This document shows, one piece after another, positions 38,801 through 51,600 of a stretch of DNA of 64,000 nucleotides (within the stretch, counting starts at the first letter, position 1; the number at the start of each line of letters is the position of its first letter). A program made the translations under genes and the position numbers. A model generated the notes under the pieces. The model did no database searches. It worked only from the letters and a program-made list of their open reading frames with translations, and was not told the origin of the DNA. Location of the stretch: NCBI RefSeq assembly GCF_963921235.1, contig NC_086097.1:168766001-168830000 (forward strand), read 5' to 3'. Source of the stretch: Mobula hypostoma. Lineage: Eukaryota.

Positions 38801-41800
38801 GCAATTTGGACAGCATCCTCTTTTCAGACACCACCCTCTCATGCTAGCCATTTCAGCCCTGGGAAAAAGCCTCTGACTATCCACACGATCAATGCCTCTC
38901 ATCATCTTGTACACCTCTATCAAGTCACCTCTCATCCTCTGTCGCTCCAAGGAGAAAAGGCCGAGTTCACTCAACCTATTCTCATAAGGCATGCTCCCCA
39001 ATCCAGGCAACATCCTTGTAAATCTCCTCTGCACCCTTTTTATGGTTTCCACATCCTTCCTGTAGTGAGGCGACCAGAACTGAGCACAGTACTCCAAGTG
39101 GGGTCCGACCAGGGTCCTATATAGTTGCAACATTACCTCTCAAGCAAAATATCTCGGCTGGACCACAGGCTGGAGAAATGTGGTCAAGACCATTTGAAAG
39201 AGCAGATTCTGAACTTTATCCCATTGAACTCCAAACCCTACTTCACAGGAATTGTGTCACTGCATGATTAGAATATGGGTATCGTACTACAGTAGTGATG
39301 GCAATAATGCATGGGAAATAACATGATTTCATCAGTCCAGAATTCCCTTGATATGCCAAATACTTAAGTGTCAGATTGCTTTTCATCAATTATAACACGT
39401 TTCAAGAGAATGGTAGGTTAGCAAGAGATGAAGTTATGAGGTGATCATTGTATTTCATTATGATTTCATTATGAGGCACTAAAGATCAAATACCAAGATA
39501 AGCAATTAATTTCTTAAATTGGGCCTGTAAACACTCAGCTGCTTCTCCTTGCTACTCAGTGCCCCACCCCCACCACCCCATTAGTTTTATCTCCCCCTTC
39601 AAAACTCCCACTGGCCTCAGGGACAGAGGTCAATATCACCCACTTTGGGAATCACTGGTTTAGAGTCTTTACATAGTTTAATTCCAGATTACAATTTAAA
39701 GATCTAAACTGCATTGCTGAAAGTTTTAGACGGTAAGATACTTTATTGACTCCAAAGGAAATTACAGTGTCACAGAAGCATTACAAGTGCACAGACATAC
39801 AAGTATTAGAAGAGAAGAGAAGAGAAAAAGAATATAAAAAACAAGTTACCACAAACAGTCTAACAGGAGGGGGTCATCACTTCCCCGGCTATAGGTTGAA
39901 TCATTATGCTGCTCCAAAGAGCAGTATATGAGGCCATTCTTACCCTTGGCCTCAAGGGTAAGAATGGCCTCATATACTGCTCTTTGGAGCAGCACAGTTG
40001 TCTTATAGCCTATTACTAAAAGTGTTCCTCTGTTCAGCCAAGATGGCATGCAGAGTTCAGAAACATTGTCCAGAATTGCCAAGATTTTCCATAGGGTCTT
40101 TTGTTCTACCACAGCCTCCAGTGTGTCCAGTTTGACTCCTATGACAGAGCCAGCCTTTCTAATCAGTTTATGGAGCCTGTTGGCATCACCCATGTTGATG
40201 CCATTGCCACAGCACACCACCGCATAGAAAATTGGACTGGCGACAACAGACTGGTAGAACATGTGGCCTGCGTACTCCAAAGGACCACAATCTCCTCAGG
40301 GAGTAGAGGTGACTCTGACCCACCTTGTACACAGCCTCTGTGTCGGTGCTCCACTCAAGTCTGTCATCCAGATGCACCCTCAGGTACCTGTAGGTCCTCA
40401 CCACATCCACATCTTCACCATCAATAGTAACAGGGAGCACTGCAGGCTTAGTCTTCCTAAAGTCTATTACAATCTCCTTTGGCTTACTGATGTTGAGCTG
40501 CAGATGATTTGGCTTGTACCATTTGACAAAGTCCTCCACCAGGGCCCTGTATTCATCCTCCAGTCCTCCATTTATACACCCAACTATTGCTGAGTCATCA
40601 GAGAATTCCTGCAGATGACATGACTCAGTGCTGTATCTTAAGTCCAAGCTGCACAGGGTAAACTGGAAGGTAGCCAATACGGTCCCCTGTGGGGCCCTAG
40701 TGCTGTTTGACACATAGCTTTGAAGCCACACAAACTATGGTTTGCCAGTCAGGTAGTTCATTACGCAGGATACAATGGAAGTGCCAACCTGCATTAACTG
40801 GAACATCCCCCCCACCCCCCCAGCAATGATGTCTGCATAGTATTGAAGGCACTATAGAAATCAAAAAACATGATCCTCACAGTGCTGCCCTACTTATCCA
40901 TATGGGAGTAGTCTCCGTTCAGCAGGTAGATGACAGTACTGTTGACTCCAATGTGCTCCTTGTAGGCAAACTGTAGTGGATGAAGGACAGATCTGACCAC
41001 GGGTCAGAGGCGAGTCTGGAACCAGCTTCTCTAGGATCTTCATGATGTGAGGTCAAGGCCACTGGATGCTAGTCATTCAAGACTTTCGGTTGGCCCTTCT
41101 TGGGTACTGGGACATGATATTTTCCACACAGTCAGGACCCTTTCCAGACTGAGACCGATTGAAAATGTGCTGGAGAACTTTTAATGTGGGCACCAACGTT
41201 GTTTAGAATTTCACCATCAACAGTAACAGTAATAGAGTGCCAGTTGTGAGAAGGATTCAGAGGCAGTTGAAGGTCAATGGCTGAGGACACAATATGAAAT
41301 ATTAACTAAAGAAATAGGTTACCTCCTCTGTAAAAAACACCAAGTAGAATATATAATTAATAAGTAATAATTCCAGGGAAGGCCTTGCCTTAGTAGCATG
41401 TTTGTATTGACACATCATGGCAGTGATATATATCAGCGATAATAAACCTGATTCTGATTCCAGGCGAGTTCAAGCCACTCTCCAGTGTTTGACCACATTA
41501 ACTGGGTTGACACCACAGTTGTCAGTTGAGGAAATTATTTCAAAGTGGCAGGTTAAGGTTTCACCTGCATTTAGCTGAAGTGAAGTGAACACATAAGGTT
41601 TAACTGTCATTAATAAAACTCCAACAGGTCAGCTCTTAAGAACAATACATCATCTTCAGCTAAATACTCACTGCAAATTGTAACAGGTCGATTATTTTTG
41701 TTGGTCAACATGCAAATTAGCTGACAATTCTGTCAAAAAAAATTGAACAGCAGAGTTCAAAGGTAATTTATTGTTAGCAAAACTGGTTTGAGCTGTTTAG

Positions 41801-44800
41801 AAAATATGGAAAGTGCTGTTGAAATACATTTCTTTTAATAACTCAAATGGTAGTAAATTCATGGAATTATTTCTGATTGAAAGTTCATACCATTCAAAAA
41901 TTTTGCCACACAGCACTATCCAATGGCACAAAAGTCTAAAGAAAGAGTAATTGGAATTATTTTTATTACCATCATATCAGCTAATTTATCAACTGTACTG
42001 ATTTGTCAATATTCAAATACAAATGGTTTTGAAAAATCAAACTTTTTTTAAAAAAATGACAAGCCATATACCAGTAGTTAGGAAATTATACAGATGAACA
42101 AAATGTTGCAACTTTTGCCAGATATCCCTTGTTCAATTAATAAACTACATATTTGGTAAAATTGGGGAGCTGTTAGATTCCATTTTATCCCATGCTTATG
42201 CAAAAACTGCATGATAGTGTTATATATTTAATATTTCAGTAATATTTGAGTAATATTGCACACAAGTTGCACCCATTATTCTTTATGGGTTACACGCAAA
42301 AGTACGTGAATAGCACATGTTGTTTCGCCATCATGTCTTATGTGCACGCCTCACTAAAGTACAAGTATACACAAATTATCCCCGAGTTGCCGTATTTTTC
42401 TTTTGATTAATTTCTGGAGATATGGAACATAACAATGGTGATGAGCAAGTTTTAAAAACAAACATGAGAGAACTACCTACCTCTTGAAGCTCAGCAAGAC
42501 ATTTGCGCTATAGTTAAAAAAACATGACACGTGTTTCTTTAAAAGGGGACAGAGATTGTAGAGTTGAAGAAAAAAAAGGCAGAAAACTGACAAAAGTCAT
42601 GGTACAAAAACAGTGAATATCAGGTGACAATCATATTTTAAAACGAAACTTATGGATGGCTACATCGGAAAGACAGATGTGTTCAATTACACAAAAGATA
42701 ACTGGGAGATGTACTCAGAATAAATTGAGCAGTATTTTGAAGCAAATGAAATAGCCAATGAGAAACAAGTGCCAGTTTTGCTAAGTGCAATAGGTGGATG
42801 ATTATACAGTTTACTAAGTTTAACTGCTCCAACCAAGCCAGCCAAAATGAGCTTTGCTAATAGCATGAAAGTATTGCAGGAATAATTAGAACCAAAACCA
42901 TTGTTTATTGCAGAACACTTTAAGTTTCATAAATGGAATCAAAATTGAAGAGAAGCCCATTTTAGCATACGTAGCTGAATTGAAGTAGTTGTCTGAGTAT
43001 TGCCATTTCAGTGATGGGGTTAATTATTCACTGAGTGATCATTTAGTTTGTGGAATCTTGCAAAAAAAAATTCAAGAAGGCTCCTAACTGAAGTGCAACT
43101 CAGAGTTAAGAAGAGCAGTTGAAATTGTGTATTCAATGAAAACAGCAGACAGATACAAGTGAGTTGCGGTCAGAAATGAAAGTGAGCGTGATCAAAATTG
43201 CAACACCCAAGCAAGATCTACAAAATTGCAAGACCTACCTGACCGAATAAATTGTGCTATCATTGTAGCAGGGGCTCATATACACCAGACCAACCCAGGT
43301 TTAAAGGCAAAACTTGCAGAAAATGCAACAAGGTAGGACACATACAAAGAGCATGGTGGGCAGAGAAAAATAAATGAACTGCACAGAGAATGGAAAAAGC
43401 TAAAAGGTTATGAAATTGCAGTTTCAAAAAGAGCAATAATCTGCATACTGCTGATGAAAAATCTGTTAACGATGAGATTGATTCAGGACTGAGTAGCCCT
43501 GAGATCTATGACGTCAAAACCAACAAGACTAACAATTTGGCTCACACTAGAAGTGAATGGAAAATTAATTAAAATGGAATTGTATACTGGCTTCATCTTG
43601 CTTCTGCCGATGTACAGACAGAAGCTGAAACAAGAGGCAGCATTAGTTAAAATCGTCCACTGTTGGTCTGACCAATTGGGCTCCGTGCTACAGGACTACT
43701 TTGATGACATCAACTGGAATGTCTTTCATGATAAGGATGCCCCGGAACTCACAGCAGAGGTCACGAGCTTCATCCAGAAATGCATGAAAAATGTTGTCCC
43801 CAAGAAACTGGTCAGGGTCTTTCCAAACCAGAAATCCTGGATCAACAGTTCCGTGCGAGCAACACTTATCGTGCGACATAGAGCTTACATTGCTATTAAT
43901 CAGCAGGTATTCAAGATATGCAGCTACAATCTGCGCAAAGTCATCATGGCGGCGAAACGACAATACAGGGACAAGATCCAGACACAACTCTCCACCAACG
44001 CATGCAGCTTATGGGAAGGTCTACACACCATCCCAGACTTCAAAGCCAAGTGCAGTGGTGCTGCAAACATCACTTCCTCTCACCCAGATGAGCTAAACCT
44101 TTTTTCTAAAATAACGCTCAGTTCGATATCACCAACACTGAACCCCCAAAGGGACCTGCATCTTGGTCATCTCTGAGGCTGAAGTATGCTGAAGTTTCCA
44201 ACAAGTGGACAGTCACAAGGCTACCCGGACAGCATCCCAGGGTGGGTAATCAGGATTGCACGGCACAACTGGTAGGTGTGTTTATAGACATTTTTAATCT
44301 CTGCCTCTCCCAGTGTAGAGTGTCTTCCTGCTTCAAAACATTCACCATTGTCCCTATACCTAAGAGGCCAATGTAACATGTCTGAACAATTGGTGTCCTG
44401 TTGCACTCACCTTAATGATAAACAAATACTTTGAGAGGCTGTTCAAAGACTACATCTGCAGCATGCTACCACCCAAATTGGTCCCCTACAATTCACCTAC
44501 CGACACAACTGATCGACAGATGACACAACAGCCATAGCTCTACACACCATCCTTACACATCTGGAGAAGGAGGATGCTTACGTGAGAATGCTGTTCTTGG
44601 ACCACAATTCAGCATTCAACACCATAGTTCCAGCCAGGCTTAACAAGGAGCTCAGAGATCTTGGCTTTCATCCTGCCTTGTGCAGCTGGATCCTGGACTT
44701 CCTATCAGATTGCCAGCAGGTAGCAAGAGTGCACTCCCTCACCTCTGCCCCTCAACACAGGTGCCCCCCAGGGACGTGTCCTAAGCCCCCTCCTTTAATT

Positions 44801-45620
44801 TCTATATACCCATGATTGTGTCGCCACTCACAGCTCCATTCTGCTAATTAAATTTGCTGACGATATTACATTGATTGGCTTAATCTCAAATAATAACGAG
44901 GCAGCCTACAGAGAAGAAGTCCTCACCCTGACACACTGGTGTCAAGAAAACAACCTCTCCCTTGATGTCACAAAAACAAAGGAGCTGGTTGTGGACTACA
45001 GGAGCAAAGGAGACATCAATGGATCTGGGGTTGAGAGGGTGAACAGCTTTGTGCTCCTTGGCATACGCAACACTGAGGATCCCACGTCATCTGTAAGGTG
45101 AAAAAAACCACAACTGTGTCTCTATCACCTCAGACGGTTAAAGAAGTTTGGTATGGGTCCCCAAATGCCAAGAACTTTCTACAGGGGCACAATTGAGCAC
45201 ATTCTGACAGGCTACATCACTGCCGGGTATAGGAACTGTACTTCCCTCAATTGCAGGACTCTGCAGTGAGTGGTGCAGTCAGCACAGTGCATCTGTAGAT
45301 GTGAATTTCCCACTTTCTAGGACATTTACAAAGACAGGTGTGTAAAAGGGGCCTGAAGGATTATTGGGGACCCGAGTTACTGCCAATCACAAACTGTTCC
45401 AGCTGCCACCATCCGGGAAACTGTTCTGTAGCATGAAAGCCAGGATCAACAGGCTCTAGGACAGCTTCTTCCACCAGCCCATCAGACTGATTAATTCACA
45501 CTGATACAATTGTATTTCTATGTTATATTGACAATCTTGTTGTACATACTATTTATTACAAATTACTATAAATTGCACATTTAGACAGAGACAAAGGTTT
45601 TTACTTATGCATGTGAAGGT

Positions 45621-45670
<50 letters not shown>

Positions 45671-48600
45671 AATTAATTCAGTTCAGGCATTCCACAAAAT
45701 GAGTTTGAACAGCATTTCAAAAATTGTGAACTGAAGCCTGCAGATATCTAACTAAGAACTTATATTGGTAAAAAGATAACTCCTGTGAAAATGACATTTG
45801 TAATAGAGAAATACAAGAACTAACAAGTACATTGAGCTCGCATGTTGTAAAAACAGGAGGGCTAGCATTATGGGGCCGTGATTGGCCGAGACAATTACAG
45901 TTTGATTGGAGATCCATCGCCTATTTGCATATAACATTCCCTGCAATAGAGACAACTGAAAGCAAATTAATAAAGGTATTGGATGATGCTGCAGCAGTGC
46001 TCAAGGATAGCATTGGAAAATGCAAACATATCAAGGGTGTTAAATGAAAATGCCACACCCAAGTTTTACAAAGCCCATTCTCTATGATAAAGCAGCCAAT
46101 GAGCTGGATTGCATGGAGACTGAAGGGATTCTTTCCAAGGTTGAGTTGAGCCCATGAGCAACACTGGTGGTCCCAGTAGCCAGGAAGGATAGGTCTGCGA
46201 GGATCAGTGGTGATTTTAAGGTCACCATCAACTCAGTATTGAAGGTAGCTCAATACCCTCTGCCTAGGATAGAGGACATCTTCACAAACCTTTCTGAAGG
46301 AAAACACTTCAAAGTGGACTTAACTGAGGCCTCCCTCCAGATGGAGTTGGAAGAAGAATCCAAAGTGTTTCTCACCACAAACACTCAGAAAGGGCTTTAT
46401 CACTATAATAGGCCTATTTTTGGAGTAGCATCTGCACTCCGGCAGAAAGCTGTGGACTTGGTGCTGCAAGGCCACTCAGGCACTCAGTAGTACCTGGATG
46501 ACATCATTGTTACTGCTGAGGACAAGAAGGAACAACTCCAAAATCTTAAGACAGTGTTAAAAAGATGAGACGATTATGGGCTTAAAGCATGATGTGACAA
46601 TTCTTTAAACCAAGCATCACTCATTGTAGTCACACCATTCACACACAAGAACTACACAATTGTGCTGAGCACATTCAAGCAGCAGTGGATTGCCCAAGGC
46701 CAAAGGACATGTCACTGTTGCAGGGTCTTTTTGGGATTTGTTAATTACTATAACATTTTTCTACCAAACCTGGTTACCACACTCCACCCCCTGAATTCAT
46801 TACCACAGATCAAAAAGAAATGGCAATGGACAAAGCAGTGTCAGGTGGCTTTCCAAAAGGCAAAGGAAATGGTGACGTCAGACACGATACTTACACAATA
46901 TGATCCACATCATCCAGTGAAGCTTACCTGTGATGTTTCACCTTATTGTATAGGTGCAGGTATGCCACGTAATGAGTGATGAATATGAACACCCCACAGC
47001 CTTTGCATCACATTCACTTACCGCTGCAGGGAAAAATTATGCATGGATTGACAGGTCTTGAGCCTGCATTGGGGTATAAAACATTTCAACCAGTACTTGT
47101 ATGGGAGAGAGTTTGCCCTCATTACTGATGATCAACCACTATTGTTCATTCTCAATTCACAAAAGGGCTTTCCACTAACTGCAGCAGCACGAATGCAGCA
47201 ACTGGCCCTGTTTCTCAGGGGACACAATTAAGAGTTTGAATTCAAGAGGACAACCAATATTGAAAATGCTGATGGACTGTATCGTTTACCCAAGGAAAGG
47301 GCAATACCTGAAAAGTTTACAAAAGAGGTTACTCCAATGCAAATCGAATGTCTCCCAACTACAGCAGATCATGCAAAGGGAAACCAGAAAAAGACCCTAC
47401 ACTGTCTCAGGTCACCATGGCAACCCAAACTGGCTGGAATTTACAGCGGAAATTCCAGTTCCCCCATTTTTACCAGCTCTGAGATGAACTTGCTTTTGAT
47501 GGGGGTTTCCTTGTGTGGGGATTGTTGTACCAGCCAAGCTGAGAGCTGAAGTGTTGGAGGAGCTACATGCTGGTCATCTAGGCATGGTCAAAATGAAAGT
47601 GGTGGCTTGACGCTTTGTTTGGTGGCCTGGGATAGATCAGCAGAGTGAGCAGCTTGCTGTTACAACAGGATGCTGTAATGTTGAGTTAGGTTTATGGGTC
47701 TGGCAAATGATACAGAAAAGCATTCTCTGGGATATATTAATCATTTATTTACAAGTAGTAAAAATTCGACCAAACATTTGTGTTCCCCAAGTTACAGACA
47801 CTAGAAAAATTGAATATTCAACAAACATACTTAGTTAAAAGTGCAGAGAGTATACCTTCTCAATCATCTTGTGCATCCTTGCCTAAAACAAAGGAAGCAG
47901 AGAGTAAGCAGCTTCCATGTGCTATTTTATATATCCAGATCATTTGAAACTGGACACCAGGCAGCCATCCAATGGGAGTAGCAGCTGCAGTTTCTAAACC
48001 AACCAATTACAATGGACATACATCAAAGTTGCTGGTGAACGCAGCAGGCCAAGCAGCATCTATAGGAAGAGGTGCAGTCGACGTTTCAGGCCGACTGCAC
48101 CTCTTCCTATAGATGCTGCTTGGCCTGCTGTGTTCACCAGCAACTTTGATGTATGTTGCTTGAATTTCCAGCATCTGCAGAATTCCTGTTGTTTGCAATT
48201 ACAATGGAAGTGACTTTTGACAATCAGAATAAGGCACATCCCCACAGGACAGATGCCAGAAGAAAAGTATTCAGAGCTGTTAACCACTTCCTGCAGTCAC
48301 AGAATCAACTCCTATAACCACCTTGGGGAAGCCCGAGAAGCTGAGATTGTTCATAGCCACAACTCTCAACAGTCAAGCAGAGTAACCCTCCCTGTCAAGA
48401 AAGATGTTACCCCACAAGAGTAAGAAATCCTCCACAGTGATTAAATCTTTAGTCCTGAATGGGACTATTTAAGATTTACAATGCTGTTAATGTCTGTAGA
48501 ACAGTTATATTATACAGTATATATAGTTGAGATGCATTATGGATCGTGTTGGAGTTTATAGTTAAGCAGAGAGGAGTGTTGTGCATTTAATATATCAGTA

Positions 48601-51600
48601 ATATTTGAGTAATATTATAGTAATATCCAGTTTGATTAAGCATTCTTTGTTTATACAATTCATTACAGGTTATGTGTAAAAGCACGTGAATGGCATATGT
48701 CATTGCACCACATCATACGTGTGCCTCACTAAAGTACAAACGAAGCAAACACAAGTTATCCTCAGGCTTCTGTGTTTTTCTTTTGCTTAATTTCTGTTGA
48801 TACAAAACATTTCAGACAGAATGTCTATCAATGCAGAACCAACAAGCAAGTGCACTAACAGTTCAGAAGCTGGACTAAAAAGCCAAACAGGTTGTGCTTT
48901 GAACAACAATGTTCACACTGACCAAAACCAATCAATACATAAAAATATTTAATCAAGATTTTTAAAAAGTCTTACCTACACCCAATAACTCCACTGACAT
49001 GCTCATTTTTCCATCTGGTGAACTCAGCAGAGGCCGCCATTCTAAGTAGTGTGACGCAATCAGTGTTATTTCACTGGAAGTATCTGTCTTTGTAAGAACC
49101 ATGTGCACAGGATCACAGATTGATAATAACGTTGTTGCATCAGCCATCTTACTGCCATCACCTGGATGCAATTGGATAGCAAGATTTAAAAAATCTAATT
49201 ACTTGAGCTACAGGCTAGGTTTTCACATGACATAGAACACCACATGGCCCATCAAGTCTATGCCTGCTCTCAAAGCAATCCCATCTTTCCACACTTATTT
49301 CTCAGTCACCTATTTTCTATCACATGCCTGATTTTCCCACCAGCCACCTACAGTACATCCAGGAGTAATTTACAATAATTAAATTACCAACTAGCTTGCC
49401 TTTGGGACTTGAGAAGATGGAAGACAGATACTCATGCAGGCACAGGGAGAACATGCAAACACCACACAGGCAGTACCAGAGGTTTGGATTGAACCCATGT
49501 TGCTGGAGCTTTGGCATCAGTACTATCCACTGAGAAGCAGGGCCACAGTGTTACGACAATAAAATTTATGATGAATAATTGGAGAAAAATCCTTTTTTGT
49601 GACTGGTAGGATGTCAATAAGTCTAATAAAGAAATTTACCATTTAATGAATTTCTCCTGCGTTAGTACTGTGTGGTCCTCAAGCTTCTGCTTTTGAAGTA
49701 AATACTGCTTTTGCTCATAAGTGAGGTTTACAAGTTACTGCAACAGAAAAGCAGAAATCTGGACATGTCCCCTTCTCGTTACTACCATAATGAGGTGGTA
49801 CAGGAGCCTAAATTTTTTCTTCCCTTCCAGAATCACGCTGTTTTCAGAAAGTGCAGACTCATATTAGGTAGTATTGATTGAGAAGAGCAAGTATTTACAA
49901 CAGAAATCCTAACCAGTTTTCCATTTGGCTAATTTAGGATACTGGAGACTTTCACACACCAACTACTCTAGTAGACACTTGACAATTAGTCTGGGAAATG
50001 TAGCCAAAATCTTCTGACTGCGTAATTCAGTATTACAGAGCCTTAATGATAAACATCAAAGACACTAAAGGAAGCCCATTATTCTTCTAGAATGTAGACA
50101 TTAAATCATTTTTATTTTAAATCTATTATAAACAAACCTTAAGCATCACTTACCTAAACTGTCTTTATGAACTTCCAGCAGAAAACCATCCTGCAGATCA
50201 GGCTCACAGGCACATGGCACAGGCTTGGACTGGAAGCGCTGATTTCGGAAATGCAAATAAAGTTTAAACGTAGAGCACACTTGCCCTGGTAAAGGTTGTG
50301 GCTCTTGTAAATGCTCCAGGAATGCTCTACCACCCAAAACCTGAAGGTACAGATTTCTTCTAGTAGGATCAATGTTTGCTGCAACATGAATGGCAAAACA
50401 TAAATGTCATCCGCCTGCTTAAAAAGATTTGCATTTAAATAACACCATTCGCAAGTTCAAGATGACTTGAAGGGCTTTACAGCCAATGATCTACATTCAA
50501 AATCATCTGTTATAGCATTGCTTTGTTGAACAAAGCACTTCAATTAATTTGTCCTCATCTGAGCTGTCTGGGCAAATATCTAAACTTCCATATTCATTTA
50601 TGCCAAAGGTAGTAATGAGATAAAAATGAGTAATTCAGTTTCTTTAATCTAAAATATTAACTGATCTTCTTTGCACATGTGCGCTTGACCTGCTGAATGT
50701 TTCCAAAATTATCCCATTTTATTGGTTGCTGAATAAATAACTTTTGAGCACATATCTGAGCTGTCTGGGCAAATATCTAAACGTCCATATCTGTTTATGC
50801 CTGTTTTAAACTAAATTTCTGTTTGCTCTCTCATGTTTCATAAAAGGTGCCTTCTTAGATAATATATAGCATGTCCAAAGCACTGCAAAGAAGAGCTAAT
50901 GTAGATTTTGTGTTCAGACCTCTGGAACAGGACTTGTACTTAAACCAATGTTTGCAAGAACAAAATATATTTAACATACATTTTGTGAACTACAGTAATT
51001 TCCTTAAATACACATATAATGCAGCTCAAGGAAATTAAGTAGAAGAAATAAAATACATTACTTCCAAAACAAAGTAGATGCCTTAATCTGACCAAAAATT
51101 ATTTAACCCAGTCACAATTTTTTGTTTGCCGCACTAATAGCACTTATTGGCAACATCTCAAACTACCATGACAAAAACTCCCATATGACACTAAGAAAGC
51201 TGCTGCCTCACAGTCCCAGTATGCTTGGTTCCATCCTGACCTTTCGGACCACCTGTGTAAAGTTTGCATATTCTCTATGAACACTCCAGTTTCCTCCCAA
51301 ATGCCAATGAGCAAATTAGTGGGTTAACTGGTCACTATAGGGACCAACAGTTGGAATGGGTTGTTTTCAGATTGGAAGTAACTAGTGAAGGACTGAAATT
51401 GGTAACTATTAAAGATCTGGAGGAAAGGAAGAACATGCAAGATTTCTATGAGAATGATGTGCTCAATTTCTATGATTAAAACAGAATATAGACCGATTTA
51501 GAGGGTGGGCAAAGACTGGGAAATGGAGTTTAATATGGGGAAGTGCAAGTTCATACAATTTGGTAGAAGTGAAAAGGTAAGAATGGATCAATATTTGATC

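Larger units (their letters stand above)
32840..39657 (-). mobile_element. Charlie-like hAT transposon, decayed, interrupted by CR1, Penelope and Rex insertions
   Basis: Ends CTGTGGATCCCAAA / TTTGGGAATCACTG. Minus-strand remnants: BED-like N-terminus (37868-38143), HRQHLV (~33950), [10 protein letters not shown] and DLRLFLSD...HQAHPSH* (~33135-33320). TSD not recoverable. Confidence 0.75.
42218..48814 (+). mobile_element. Gypsy/Ty3 LTR retrotransposon, decayed, with nested insertions; most of integrase missing
   Basis: Two diverged TG...CA LTRs, PBS-like TGGTGATGAG at 42436, purine tract before 48577, flanks GATAG/GACAG. Gag with Cys-His knuckles, protease ([14 protein letters not shown]), RT ([28 protein letters not shown]), RNase H, and integrase HHCC start (ELHAGHLG). 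Confidence 0.9.

Noticed and set aside
43508..44176. 222-aa ORF fusing Gypsy protease start to LINE sequence
   Set aside because: Chance in-frame junction between two decayed elements. The protease catalytic Asp is lost (ELYTG) and downstream frames are broken.
47674..48220. Unclassified segment replacing the Gypsy integrase core, possibly a solo LTR
   Set aside because: TG...CA ends can be drawn, but there is no matching TSD and no second copy in the window, so it cannot be classified.
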